NCBI GenBank assembly: GCA_053919585.1
Contig: CM132787.1
DNA from: Euprymna scolopes
Taxonomy: Eukaryota
DNA length: 64,000 nt
Direction: 5' to 3' (one strand)
Positions 30,985 to 45,900 of the stretch are shown piece by piece (position 1 is the first letter of the stretch; each line of letters starts with the position of its first letter). A program made the position numbers and the translations under genes. The notes under the pieces were generated by a model that saw only the letters and a program-made list of their open reading frames with translations, was not told the origin of the DNA and searched no databases.

Positions 30985-33900
30985 TGAATATTTGCATGTA
31001 ATGCTATACTCATAAAAAGAATATTGGAAACTAGTGCTATACTATTAAAAATGAATATTTGAATCTATTACTATACTCATAAAAATGAATATTGGAATCT
31101 AGTGCTATACTCATAAAAAGTAATATTGGAATCTAGTGCTATAATCATAAAAATGAATATTGGAATCAAGTGCTTTACTCATAAAAATAAATATTGGAAT
31201 CTAGTGCTATACTTATAAAAATGAATATTGGAATCTAGTGCTATACTCATAAAAATTAATATTGGAATCTAGTGCTATACTCAAAAAAATAAATATTGGA
31301 ATGTAGTGCTATACTCATAAAAATGAATATTGGAATCTAGTGCTATACTAAAAAAAAATATTGGAATGCAGTGCTATACTCATAAAAATGAATATTGGAA
31401 TCTAGTGCTATACTCATAAAAATGAATATTGGAATCTAGTGCTATACTCACAAAAATGTATATTGCAATCTAGTGCTATACTCATTAAAATAAATATTTG
31501 AATGTAGTGCTATACTCATAAAAATGAATATTGGAATCTAGTGCTATACTCATAAAAATAAATATTGGAATGTAATGCTATACTCATAAAAATAAATATT
31601 AGAATGTAGTGCTATACTCATAAAAATGAATATTAGAATCTAGTGCTATACTCATAAAAATTAATATTGAAATCTAGTGCTATACTCATAAAAAGGAATA
31701 TTTGAATCTATTGCTATACTCATAAAAATGAATATTGGAATCTAGTGCTGTACTCATAAAAATGAATATTGGAATCTAGTGCTATACTCATAAAAATGAA
31801 TATTGGAATCTAGTGCTATACTCATAAAAATGAATATTGGAATCTAGTGCTATACTCATAAAAAAGAATATTGGAATCTAGTGCTATACTCATAAAAATT
31901 AATATTGGAATCTAGTGCTATACTCATAAAAATGAATATTGGAATCTAGTGCTATACTCATAAAAATGAATATTGGAATCTAGTGATATACTCATAAAAA
32001 TGAATATTGGAATCTAGGGCTATACTCATAAAAATTAATATTGGAATCTAGTGCTATACTCATAAAAAAGAATATTGGAAACTAGTGCTATACTCATAAA
32101 AATGAATATTGGAATCTAGTGCTATACTCATACAAATTAATATTTGAATCTAGTGCTATACTCATACAAATGAATATTGGAATCTAGTGCTATACTCAAA
32201 AAAATGAATATTGGAATCTAGTGCTATACTCATAAAAATGAATATTGGAATCTAGTGCTATACTCATAAAAATTAATATTGGAATCTAGTGCTATACTCA
32301 TAAAAAAGAATATTGGAGACTAGTGCTATACTCATAAAAATGAATATTGGAATCTATTGCTATACTCATAAACATGAATATTGGAATCTAGCGCTATACT
32401 CATAAAAATTAATATTGGAATCTCGTGCTATACTCATAAAAATGAATATTGGAATCTAGTGCTATACCCATAAAAATGAATATTGGAATCGAGTGCTATA
32501 CTAATATAAATTAATATTGGAATCTAGTGCTATAATCATAAAAATTAATATTGGAATCTAGGGCTATACTCATAAAAATGACTATTAGAATCTAGTGCTA
32601 TACTCATAAACATGAATATTGGAATCTAGTGCTATACTCAAAAAATAAATATTGCAATGTAGTGCTATACTCATAAAAATTAATATTGGAATCTAGTGCT
32701 ATACTCATAAAAATTAATATTGGAATCTAGTGCTATACGCATAAAAATAAATATTGGAATGTAGTGCTATACTCATAAAAATTAATATTGTAATCTAGTG
32801 CTATACTCATAAAAATGAATATTGGAATCTAGTGCTATACTCATAAAAATAAATATTGGAATGTAGTGCTATACTCAAAAAAATGAATATTGAAATCTAG
32901 TGCTATACTCAAAAAAATAAATATTGGAATGTAGTGCTATACTCATACAAATGAATATTGGAATCTTTTGCTATACTCAGAAAAATAAATATTGGAATCT
33001 AGTGCTATACTAAAAAAAAATTAATATCGGAATCCAGTGCTATGCTCATAAAAATGAATATTGGAATCTAGTGCTATACTCATAAAAATTAATATTGGAA
33101 TCTAGTGCTATACTCATAAAAATGAATATTGGAATCTAGTGCTATACTCATAAAAATGAATATTGGAATCTAGTGCTATACTCATAAATATGAATATTTG
33201 AATCTAGTGCTATACTCATAAATATGAATATTGGAATCTAGTGCTATACTCATAAAAATGAATATTGGAATCTAGTGCTATACTCAAAAAAATAAATATT
33301 GGAATGTAGTGCTATACTCATAAAAATTAATATTGGAATCTAGTGCTATACTCATAAAAATGAATATTGGAATCTAGTGCTATACTCATAAAAATGAATA
33401 TTGGAATCTAGTGCTATACTCAAAAAATAAATATTGGAATGTAGTGCTATACTCATAAAAATGAATATTGGAATCTAGTGCTATACTCATAAAAAAGAAT
33501 ATTGGAAACTAGTGCTATACTCATAAAAATGAATATTGGAATATATTGCTATACTCATAAAAATGAATATTTGAATCTAGTGCTATACTCATAAAAATGA
33601 ATATTGGAATCTAGTTCCATACTCATAAAAATGAATATTGGAATCTAGTGCTATACTGATTAAAATGAATATTAGAATCTAGTGCTATACTCATAAAAAT
33701 GAATATTGGAATCTAGTGCTATACTCATAAAAATGAATATTGGAATCTAGGGCTATACTCATAAAAATGAATATTGGAATCTAGTGCTATACTCATAAAA
33801 ATGAATATTGGAATGCAGTGCTGTACTCATAAACATTAATATTGGAATCTAGTGCTATACTCATAAAAATGAATATTGGCATGTAGTGCTATACTCATAA

Positions 33901-36900
33901 AAAGAATATTGGAAACTAGTGCTATACTCATAAAAATGAATATTTGAATCTATTACTATACTCATAAAAATGAATATTGGAATCTAGTGCTATACCCATA
34001 AAAAGTAATATTGGAATCTAGTGCTATAATCATAAAAATGAATATTGGAATCTAGTGCTTTACTCATAAAAATGTATATTGGAATCTAGTGCTATACTTA
34101 TAAAAATGAATATTGGAATCAAGTGCTATACTCATAAAAATTTAATATAGGAATCTAGTGCTATACTCAAAAAAATAAATATTGGAATGTAGTGCTATAC
34201 TCATAAAAATGAATATTGGAATCTAGTGCTATACTAAAAAAAAATATTGGAATGCAGTGCTATACTTATAAAAATGAATATTGGAATCTAGTGCTATACT
34301 CATAAAAATGAATATTGGAATCTAGTGCTATACTCACAAAAATGAATATTGGAATCTAGTGCTATACTCAGAAAAATAAATATTTGAATGTAGTGCTATA
34401 CTCATAAAAATGAATATTGGAATCTAGTGCTATACTCATAAAAATAAATATTGGAATGTTATGCTATACTCATAAAAATAAATACTGGAATGTAGTGCTA
34501 TACTCATAAAAATGAATATTAGAATCTAGTGCTATACTCATAAAAATTAATATTGAAATCTAGTGCTATACTCATAAAAAGGAATATTTGAATCTATTGC
34601 TATACTCATAAAAATGAATATTGGAATCTAGTGCTATACTCATAAAAATGAATATTGGAATCTAGTGCTATACTCATAAAAATGAATATTGGAATCTAGT
34701 GCTATACTCATAAAAATTCATATTAGAATCTAGTGCTATACTCATAAAAAGAATATTGGAAACTAGTGCTATACTCATAAAAATGAATATTGGAATCTAG
34801 TGCTATACTCATAAAACTGAATATTGGTATCTATTGCTATACTCATAAAAATAAATATTGGAATCTAGTGCTATACTAATAAAAATGAATATTGGAATCT
34901 TGTGCTATTCTCATAAAAATGAATATTGGAATCTAGTGCTATACTCATAAAAATGAATATTGGAATCTAGTGCTATACTCATAAAAATGAATATTGGAAT
35001 CTAGTGTTATACTCATAAAAATGAATATTGAAATCTAGTGCTATACTCATAAAAAATGAATATTGGAATCTAGTGGTATACTCATAAAAATTAATATTGG
35101 AATCTAGTGCTATACTCATAAAAAAGAATATTGGAAACTAGTGCTATACTCATAAAAATGAATATTGGAATCTAGCGCTATACTCATACAAATTAATATT
35201 TGAATCTAGTGCTATACTCATAAAAATGAATATTGGAATCTAGTGCTATACTCAAAAAAATTAATATTGGAATCTAGTGCTATATTCATAAAAATGAATA
35301 TTGGAATCTTGTGCTATTCTCATAAAAATTAATATTGGAATCTAGTGCTATACTCATAAAAAAGAATATTGGAATCTAGTGCTATACTCATAAAAATGAA
35401 TATTGGAATCTAGTGATATACTCATAAAAATGTATATTGGAATCTAGTGCTATAATCATAAAAATTATTATTGGAATCTAGTGCTATACTCATAAAAATT
35501 ACTATTAGAATCTAGTGCTATACTCATAAACATGAATATTGGAATCTAGTGCTATACTCAAAAAAAAATATTGGAATGTAGTGCTATACTCATAAAAATG
35601 AATATTGGAATCTAGTGCTATACTCATAAAAATTAATATTGGAATCTAGTGCTATACTCATAAAAATAAATATTGGAATGTAGTGCTATACTCATAAAAA
35701 TGAATATTGGAATCTAGTGCTATACTCATAAAAATGAATATTGGAATCTAGTGCTATACTCATAAAAATAAATATTGGAATGTAGTGCTATACTAATAAA
35801 AATGAATATTGGAATCTAGTGCCATACTCAAAAAAATAAATATTGGAATGTAGTGCTATACTCATACAAATGAATATTGCAATCTTTTGCTATACTCAGA
35901 AAAATAAATATTGGAATCTAGTGCTATACTCAAAAAAAATGAATATCGGAATCCAGTGCTATACTCATACAAATGAATATTGGAATCTAGTGCTATACTC
36001 ATAAAAATTAATATTGGAATCTAGTGCAATACTCATAAAAATTAATATTGGAATCTAGTGCTATACAAATAAAAATGAATATTGGAATCTAGTGCTATAC
36101 TCATAAATATGAATATTTGAATCTAGTGCTATACTCATAAATATGAATATTGGAATCTAGTGCTATACTCATAAAAATGAATATTGGAATCTAGTGCTAT
36201 ACTCAAAAAAATAAATATTGAAATGTAGTGATATACTCATAAAAATGAATATTGGAATCTAGTGCTATACTCATAAACATTAATATTGGAATCTAGTGCT
36301 ATACTCATACAAATGAATATTGGAATCTAGTGCTGTACTCAAAAAATAAATATTGGAATGTAGTGCTATACTCATAAAAATGAATATTGGAATCTAGTGC
36401 TATACTCATAAATATGAATATTGGAATCTAGTGCTATACTCAAAAAAATATATATTGGAATGCAGTGCTATACTCATAAAAATGAATATTGGAATCTAGT
36501 ACTATTGTCAAAAACAAAATATTGGAATCTAGTGCTATACTCAAAAAAATGAATATTGGAATCTAATGCTATACTCATAAAAATTAATATTGGAATCTAG
36601 TGCTATACTCATAAAATCAATATTGGAATCTAGTGCTATACTCATAAAAAAGAATATTGGAAACTAGTGCTATACTCATAAAAATTAATATTTGTGTCTA
36701 TTGCTATACTCATAAAAATGAATATTTGAATCTAGTGCTATACTCATAAAAATGAATATTAGAATCTAGTGCTATACTCATAAAAATGAATATTTGAATC
36801 TAGTGCTATACTCATAAAAATGAATATTGGAATCTAGTGCTATACTCATGAAAATAAATATTGGAATCTAGTGCTATACTCATTAAAATGAATATTGGCA

Positions 36901-39900
36901 TCTAGTGCTATACTCATAAAAATTAATATTGGAATCTAGTGCTATACTCATAAAAATAAATATTGGAATGTAGTGCTATACTCATAAAAATGAATATTGG
37001 AATCTAGTGCTATACTCATAAAAATAAATATTGGAATGCAGTGCTATACTCATAAAAATTAATATTGGAATCTAGTGCTATACTCATAAAAATAAATATT
37101 GGAATGAAGTGCTATACTCATAAAAATGAATATTGGAATCAAGTGCTATACTTATAAAAAAGAATATTGGAAACTAGTGCTATACTCATAAAAATTAATA
37201 TTGGAATCTAGTGCTATACTCATAAAAATGAATATTGGAATCTAGTGCCATACTCATAAAAATGAATATTGGAATCTAGTGCTATACTCATAAAAATGAA
37301 TATTGGAATCTAGTGCTATACTCATAAAAATTAATATTGGAATCTAGTGCTATACTCATAAAAATTAATATTGGAATCAAATGCTATACTCATAAAAATT
37401 AATATTGGAATCTAGTGCTATACTCATACAAATGAATATTGGAATCTAGTGCTATACTCATAAAAAAGAATATTGGAAACTAGTGCTATACCCATAAAAA
37501 TGAATATTAGAATCTATTGCTATACTCAAAAATAAATATTGGAATCTAGTGCTATACTCATAAAAATGAATATTAGAATCTAGCGCCATACTCATAAAAA
37601 TGAATATTGGACTCTAGTGCTATACTCATAAAAATGAATATTGGAATCAAGTGTTATACTCATAAAAATGAATATTGGAATCTAGTGCTATACTCATAAA
37701 AAGGAATATTGGAATGTAGTGCTGTACTCATAAAAAAGAATATTGTGGACTAGTGCTATACTCATAAAAATGAATATTTGAATCTAGTGCTATACTCATA
37801 AAAATGAATAATGGAATCTAGTGCTATACTCATAAAAATGAATATTGGAATCTAGTGCTATACTCATAAAAAGTAATATTGGAATCTAGTGCTATACTCA
37901 TAAAAATGAATATTGGAATCTAGTGCTATACTCATAAAAATGAATATTGGCATCTAGTGCTATACTCATGAAAATGAATATTGGAATCTAGTGCTATACT
38001 CATAAAAATGAATATTGGAATGTAGTGCTATACTCATATAAATGAATATTGGAATCTAGTGCTATACTCAACAAAATAAATATTGGAATCTAGTGCTATA
38101 CTCATAAAAATGAATATTGAAATCTAGTGCTATACTCATAAAAATTAATATTGGAATCTAGTGCTATACTCATAAAAATGAATATTGGAATCTAGTGCTA
38201 TTGTCAAAAAAAAATATTGGAATCTAGTGCTATACTCAAAAAAATGAATATTGGAATCTAGTGCTATACTCATAAAAATGAATATTGGAATCTAGTGCTA
38301 TACTCATAAAAATGAATATTGGAATCTAGTGCTATACTCATAAAAATGAATATTGGAATCTAATGCTATACTCATAAAAATGAATATTGGAATCTAGTGC
38401 TATACTCATAAAAATGAATATTGGAATCTAGTGCTATACTCATAAAAAAGAATATTGGAAACTAGTGCTATACTCATAAAAATGAATATTTGTGTCTATG
38501 GCTATACTCATACAAATGAATATTTGAATCTAGTGCTATACTCATAAAAATGAATATTAGAATCTAGTGCTATACTCATAAAAATGAATATTGGAATCTA
38601 GTGCTATACTCATAAATATGAATATTGGAATCTAGTGCTATACTCATAAAAATTAATATTGGAATCTAGTGCTATACTCATAAAAATGAATATTGGAATC
38701 TAGTGCTATACTCATAAAAATGAATATTGGAATCTAGAATATACTCATAAAAATGAATATTGGAATCTAGGGCTATACTCATAAAAATTAATATTGGAAT
38801 CTAGTGCTATACTCATAAAAAAGAATATTGGAAACTAGTGCTATACTCATAAAAATGAATATTGGAATCTAGTGCTATACTCATACAAATTAATATTTGA
38901 ATCTAGTGCTATACTCATAAAAATAAATATTGGAATGCAGTGCTATACTCATAAAAATTAATATTGGAATCTAGTGCTATACTCATAAAAATAAATATTG
39001 GAATGTAGTGCTATACTCATAAAAATGAATATTGGAATCTAGTGCTATACTCATAAAAATGAAAATTATAATCTAGTGCTATACTCATAAAAATGAATAT
39101 TGGAATCTAGTGCTATACTCATAAAAATGAATATTAGAATCTAGTGCTATACTCATAAAAATGAATATTGGAATCTAGTGCTATACTCATAAAAATTAAT
39201 ATTGGAATCTAGTGCTATACTCATACAAATGAATATTGGAATCTAGTGCTATACTCATAAAAAAGAATATTGGAAACTAGTGCTATACTCATAAAGATGA
39301 ATATTTGAATCTATTGCTATACTCAAAAATGAATATTGGAATCTAGTGCTATACTTATAAAAATGAATATTAGAATCTAGCGCCATACTCACAAAAAATA
39401 ATATTGGAATCTAGTGCTATACTCATAAAAATGAATATTGGAATCTAGTGTTATACTCATAAAAATGAATATTGGAATCTAGTGCTATACTCATAAAAAT
39501 GAATATTGGAGTCTAGTGCTATACTCATAAAAATGAATATTGGAATCTAGTGCTATACTCACAAACATAAATATTGGAATGCAGTGCTATACTCATAAAA
39601 ATGAATATTGGAATCTAGTGCAATACTGATAAAAAGGAATATTGGAATGTGGTGCTGTACTCATAAAAAAGAATATTGTGGACTAGTGGTATACTCATAA
39701 AAATGAATATTTGAATCTAGTGCTATACTCATAAAAATTAATATTGGAATCTAGTGCTATACTCATAAAAATTAATATTGGAATCTAGTGCTATACTCAT
39801 AAAAATTAATATTGGAATCTAGTGCTATACTCATAAAAATGAATATTGGAATATATTGCTATACTCATAAAAATGAATATTTGGATCTAGTGCTATACTC

Positions 39901-42900
39901 ATAAAAATGAATATTGGAATCTAGTGCTATACTCATAAAAATGAATATTGGAATCTAGTGCTATACTCAACAAAAAAAATATTGGAATCTAGTGCTATAC
40001 TCATAAAACTGAATATTGGTATCTATTTCTATACTCATAAAAATAAATATTGGAATCTAGTGCTATACTAATAAAAATGAATATTGGAATCTTGTGCTAT
40101 ACTCATAAAAATGAATATTGGAATCTAGTGCTATACTCATAAAAATGAATATTGGAATATAGTGCTATACTCATAAAAATAAATATTGGGATCTAGTGCT
40201 ATACTCATAAAAATGAATATTGAAATCTAGTGCTATACTCATAAAAATGAATATTGGCATGTAGTGCTATACTCATAAAAAGAATATTGGAAACTAGTGC
40301 TATACTATTAAAAATGAATATTTGAATCTATTACTATACTCATAAAAATGAATATTGGAATCTAGTGCTATACTCATAAAAAGTAATATTGGAATCTAGT
40401 GCTATAATCATAAAAATGAATATTGGAATCAAGTGCTTTACTCATAAAAATAAATATTGGAATCTAGTGCTATACTTATAAAAATGAATATTGGAATCTA
40501 GTGCTATACTCATAAAAATTAATATTGGAATCTAGTGCTATACTCAAAAAAATAAATATTGGAATGTAGTGCTATACTCATAAAAATGAATATTGGAATC
40601 TAGTGCTATACTAAAAAAAATATTGGAATGCAGTGCTATACTCATAAAAATGAATATTGGAATCTAGTGCTATACTCATAAAAATGAATATTGGAATCTA
40701 GTGCTATACTCACAAAAATGTATATTGCAATCTAGTGCTATACTCATTAAAATAAATATTTGAATGTAGTGCTATACTCATAAAAATGAATATTGGAATC
40801 TAGTGCTATACTCATAAAAATAAATATTGGAATGTAGTGCTATACTCATAAAAATAAATATTAGAATGTAGTGCTATACTCATAAAAATGAATATTGGAA
40901 TCTAGTGCTATACTCATAAAAATTAATATTGAAATCTAGTGCTATACTCATAAAAAGGAATATTTGAATCTATTGCTATACTCATAAAAATGAATATTGG
41001 AATCTAGTGCTGTACTCATAAAAATGAATATTGGAATCTAGTGCTATACTCATAAAAATGAATATTGGAATCTAGTGCTATACTCATAAAAATGAATATT
41101 GGAATCTAGTGCTATACTCATAAAAAAGAATATTGGAAACTAGTGCTATACTCATAAAAATGAATATTGGAATCTAGTGCTATACTCATAAAACTGAATA
41201 TTGGAATCTATTGCTATACTCATAAAAATGAATATTGGAATCTAGTGCTATACTAATAAAAATGAATATTGGAATCTTGTGCTATTCTCATAAAAATAAA
41301 TATTGGAATCTAGTGCTATACTCATAAAAATTAATATTGGAATCTAGTGCTATACTCATAAAAATGAATATTGGAATCTAGTGCTATACTCATAAAAATG
41401 AATATTGGAATCTAGTGATATACTCATAAAAATGAATATTGGAATCTAGGGCTATACTCATAAAAATTAATATTGGAATCTAGTGCTATACTCATAAAAA
41501 AGAATATTGGAAACTAGTGCTATACTCATAAAAATGAATATTGGAATCTAGTGCTATACTCATACAAATTAATATTTGAATCTAGTGCTATACTCATAAA
41601 AATGAATATTGGAATCTAGTGCTATACTCAAAAAAATGAATATTGGAATCTAGTGCTATACTCATAAAAATGAATATTGGAATCTAGTGCTATACTCATA
41701 AAAATTAATATTGGAATCTAGTGCTATACTCATAAAAAAGAATATTGGAGACTAGTGCTATACTCATAAAAATGAATATTGGAATCTATTGCTATACTCA
41801 TAAACATGAATATTGGAATCTAGCGCTATACTCATAAAAATTAATATTGGAATCTCGTGCTATACTCATAAAAATCAATATTGGAATCTAGTGCTATACC
41901 CATAAAAATGAATATTGGAATCGAGTGCTATACTAATATAAATTAATATTGGAATCTAGTGCTATAATCATAAAAATTAATATTGGAATCTAGGGCTATA
42001 CTCATAAAAATGACTATTAGAATCTAGTGCTATACTCATAAACATGAATATTGGAATCTAGTGCTATACTCAAAAAATAAATATTGGAATGTAGTGCTAT
42101 ACTCATAAAAATTAATATTGGAATCTAGTGCTATACTCATAAAAATTAATATTGGAATCTAGTGCTATACGCATAAAAATAAATATTGGAATGTAGTGCT
42201 ATACTCATAAAAATTAATATTGTAATCTAGTGCAATATTCATAAAAATGAATATTGGAATCTAGTGCTATACTCATAAAAATAAATATTGGAATGTAGTG
42301 CTATACTCAAAAAAATGAATATTGAAATCTAGTGCTATACTCAAAAAAATAAATATTGGAATGTAGTGCTATACTCATACAAATGAATATTGGAATCTTT
42401 TGCTATACTCAGAAAAATAAATATTGGAATCTAGTGCTATACTAAAAAAAAATTAATATCGGAATCCAGTGCTATGCTCATAAAAATGAATATTGGAATC
42501 TAGTGCTATACTCATAAAAATTAATATTGGAATCTAGTGCTATACTCATAAAAATGAATATTGGAATCTAGTGCTATACTCATAAAAATTAACATTGGAA
42601 TCTAGTGCTATACTCATAAATATGAATATTTGAATCTAGTGCTATACTCATAAATATGAATATTGGAATCTAGTGCTATACTCATAAAAATGAATATTTG
42701 AATCTAGTGCTATACTCAAAAAAATAAATATTGGAATGTAGTGCTATACTCATAAAAATTAATATTGGAATCTAGTGCTATACTCATAAAAATGAATATT
42801 GGAATCTAGTGCTATACTCATAAAAATGAATATTGGAATCTAGTGCTATACTCAAAAAATAAATATTGGAATGTAGTGCTATACTCATAAAAATGAATAT

Positions 42901-45900
42901 TGGAATCTAGTGCTATACTCATAAAAAAGAATATTGGAAACTAGTGCTATACTCATAAAAATGAATATTGGAATATATTGCTATACTCATAAAAATGAAT
43001 ATTTGAATCTAGTGCTATACTCATAAAAATGAATATTGGAATCTAGTTCCATACTCATAAAAATGAATATTGGAATCTAGTGCTATACTGATTAAAATGA
43101 ATATTAGAATCTAGTGCTATACTCATAAAAATGAATATTGGAATCTAGTGCTATACTCATAAAAATGAATATTGGAATCTAGGGCTATACTCATAAAAAT
43201 GAATATTGGAATCTAGTGCTATACTCATAAAAATGAATATTGGAATGCAGTGCTGTACTCATAAACATTAATATTGGAATCTAGTGCTATACTCATAAAA
43301 ATGAATATTGGCATGTAGTGCTATACTCATAAAAAGAATATTGGAAACTAGTGCTATACTCATAAAAATGAATATTTGAATCTATTACTATACTCATAAA
43401 AATGAATATTGGAATCTAGTGCTATACCCATAAAAAGTAATATTGAAATCTAGTGCTATAATCATAAAAATGAATATTGGAATCTAGTGCTTTACTCATA
43501 AAAATGTATATTGGAATCTAGTGCTATACTTATAAAAATGAATATTGGAATCAAGTGCTATACTCATAAAAATTTAATATAGGAATCTAGTGCTATACTC
43601 AAAAAAATAAATATTGGAATGTAGTGCTATACTCATAAAAATGAATATTGGAATCTAGTGCTATACTAAAAAAAAATATTGGAATGCAGTGCTATACTTA
43701 TAAAAATGAATATTGGAATCTAGTGCTATACTCATAAAAATGAATAATGGAATCTAGTGCTATACTCACAAAAATGAATATTGGAATCTAGTGCTATACT
43801 CAGAAAAATAAATATTTGAATGTAGTGCTATACTCATAAAAATGAATATTGGAATCTAGTGCTATACTCATAAAAATAAATATTGGAATGTTATGCTATA
43901 CTCATAAAAATAAATACTGGAATGTAGTGCTATACTCATAAAAATGAATATTAGAATCTAGTGCTATACTCATAAAAATTAATATTGAAATCTAGTGCTA
44001 TACTCATAAAAAGGAATATTTGAATCTATTGCTATACTCATAAAAATGAATATTGGAATCTAGTGCTATACTCATAAAAATGAATATTGGAATCTAGTGC
44101 TATACTCATAAAAATTAATATTGGAATCTAGTGCTATACTCATAAAAATTCATATTAGAATCTAGTGCTATACTCATAAAAAGAATATAGGAAACTAGTG
44201 CTATACTCATAAAAATGAATATTGGAATCTAGTGCTATACTCATAAAACTGAATATTGGTATCTATTGCTATACTCATAAAAATAAATATTGGAATCTAG
44301 TGCTATACTAATAAAAATGAATATTGGAATCTTGTGCTATTCTCATAAAAATGAATATTGGAATCTAGTGCTATACTCATAAAAATGAATATTGGAATCT
44401 AGTGCTATACTCATAAAAATGAATATTGGAATCTAGTGTTATACTCATAAAAATGAATATTGAAATCTAGTGCTATACTCATAAAAAATGAATATTGGAA
44501 TCTAGTGCTATACTCATAAAAATGAATATTGGAATCTAGTGCTATACTCATAAAAATGAATATTGGAATGTAGTGCTATACTCATAAAAATCAATATTGG
44601 AATCTAGTGGGTTACTCAAAAAAATAAATATTGGAATCTAGTTCTATACTCAAAAAAAGAATAATAGAATCTAGTGCTATACTCATAAAAATGAATATTG
44701 GAATCTAGTACTATACTCATAAAAATGAATATTGGCATCTAGTGCTATTCTCATAAAAATTAATATTGGCATCTAGTGCTATACTCATAAAAAAGAATAT
44801 TGGAATCTAGTGCTATACTCATAAAAATGAATATTGGAATCTAGTGATATACTCATAAAAATGTATATTGGAATCTAGTGCTATAATCATAAAAATTATT
44901 ATTGGAATCTAGTGCTATACTCATAAAAATTACTATTAGAATCTAGTGCTATACTCATAAACATGAATATTGGAATCTAGTGCTATACTCAAAAAAAAAT
45001 ATTGGAATGTAGTGCTATACTCATAAAAATGAATATTGGAATCTAGTGCTATACTCATAAAAATTAATATTGGAATCTAGTGCTATACTCATAAAAATAA
45101 ATATTGGAATGTAGTGCTATACTCATAAAAATGAATATTGGAATCTAGTGCTATACTCATAAAAATGAATATTGGAATCTAGTGCTATACTCATAAAAAT
45201 AAATATTGGAATGTAGTGCTATACTAATAAAAATGAATATTGGAATCTAGTGCTATACTCAAAAAAATAAATATTGGAATGTAGTGCTATACTCATACAA
45301 ATGAATATTGCAATCTTTTGCTATACTCAGAAAAATAAATATTGGAATCTAGTGCTATACTCAAAAAAAAATGAATATCGGAATCCAGTGCTATACTCAT
45401 ACAAATGAATATTGGAATCTAGTGCTATACTCATAAAAATTAATATTGGAATCTAGTGCAATACTCATAAAAATTAATATTGGAATCTAGTGCTATACAA
45501 ATAAAAATGAATATTGGAATCTAGTGCTATACTCATAAATATGAATATTTGAATCTAGTGCTATACTCATAAATATGAATATTGGAATCTAGTGCTATAC
45601 TCATAAAAATGAATATTGGAATCTAGTGCTATACTCAAAAAAATAAATATTGAAATGTAGTGATATACTCATAAAAATGAATATTGGAATCTAGTGCTAT
45701 ACTCATAAACATTAATATTGGAATCTAGTGCTATACTCATACAAATGAATATTGGAATCTAGTGCTGTACTCAAAAAATAAATATTGGAATGTAGTGCTA
45801 TACTCATAAAAATGAATATTGGAATCTAGTGCTATACTCATAAATATGAATATTGGAATCTAGTGCTATACTCATAAAAATGAATATTGGAATGTAGTGC

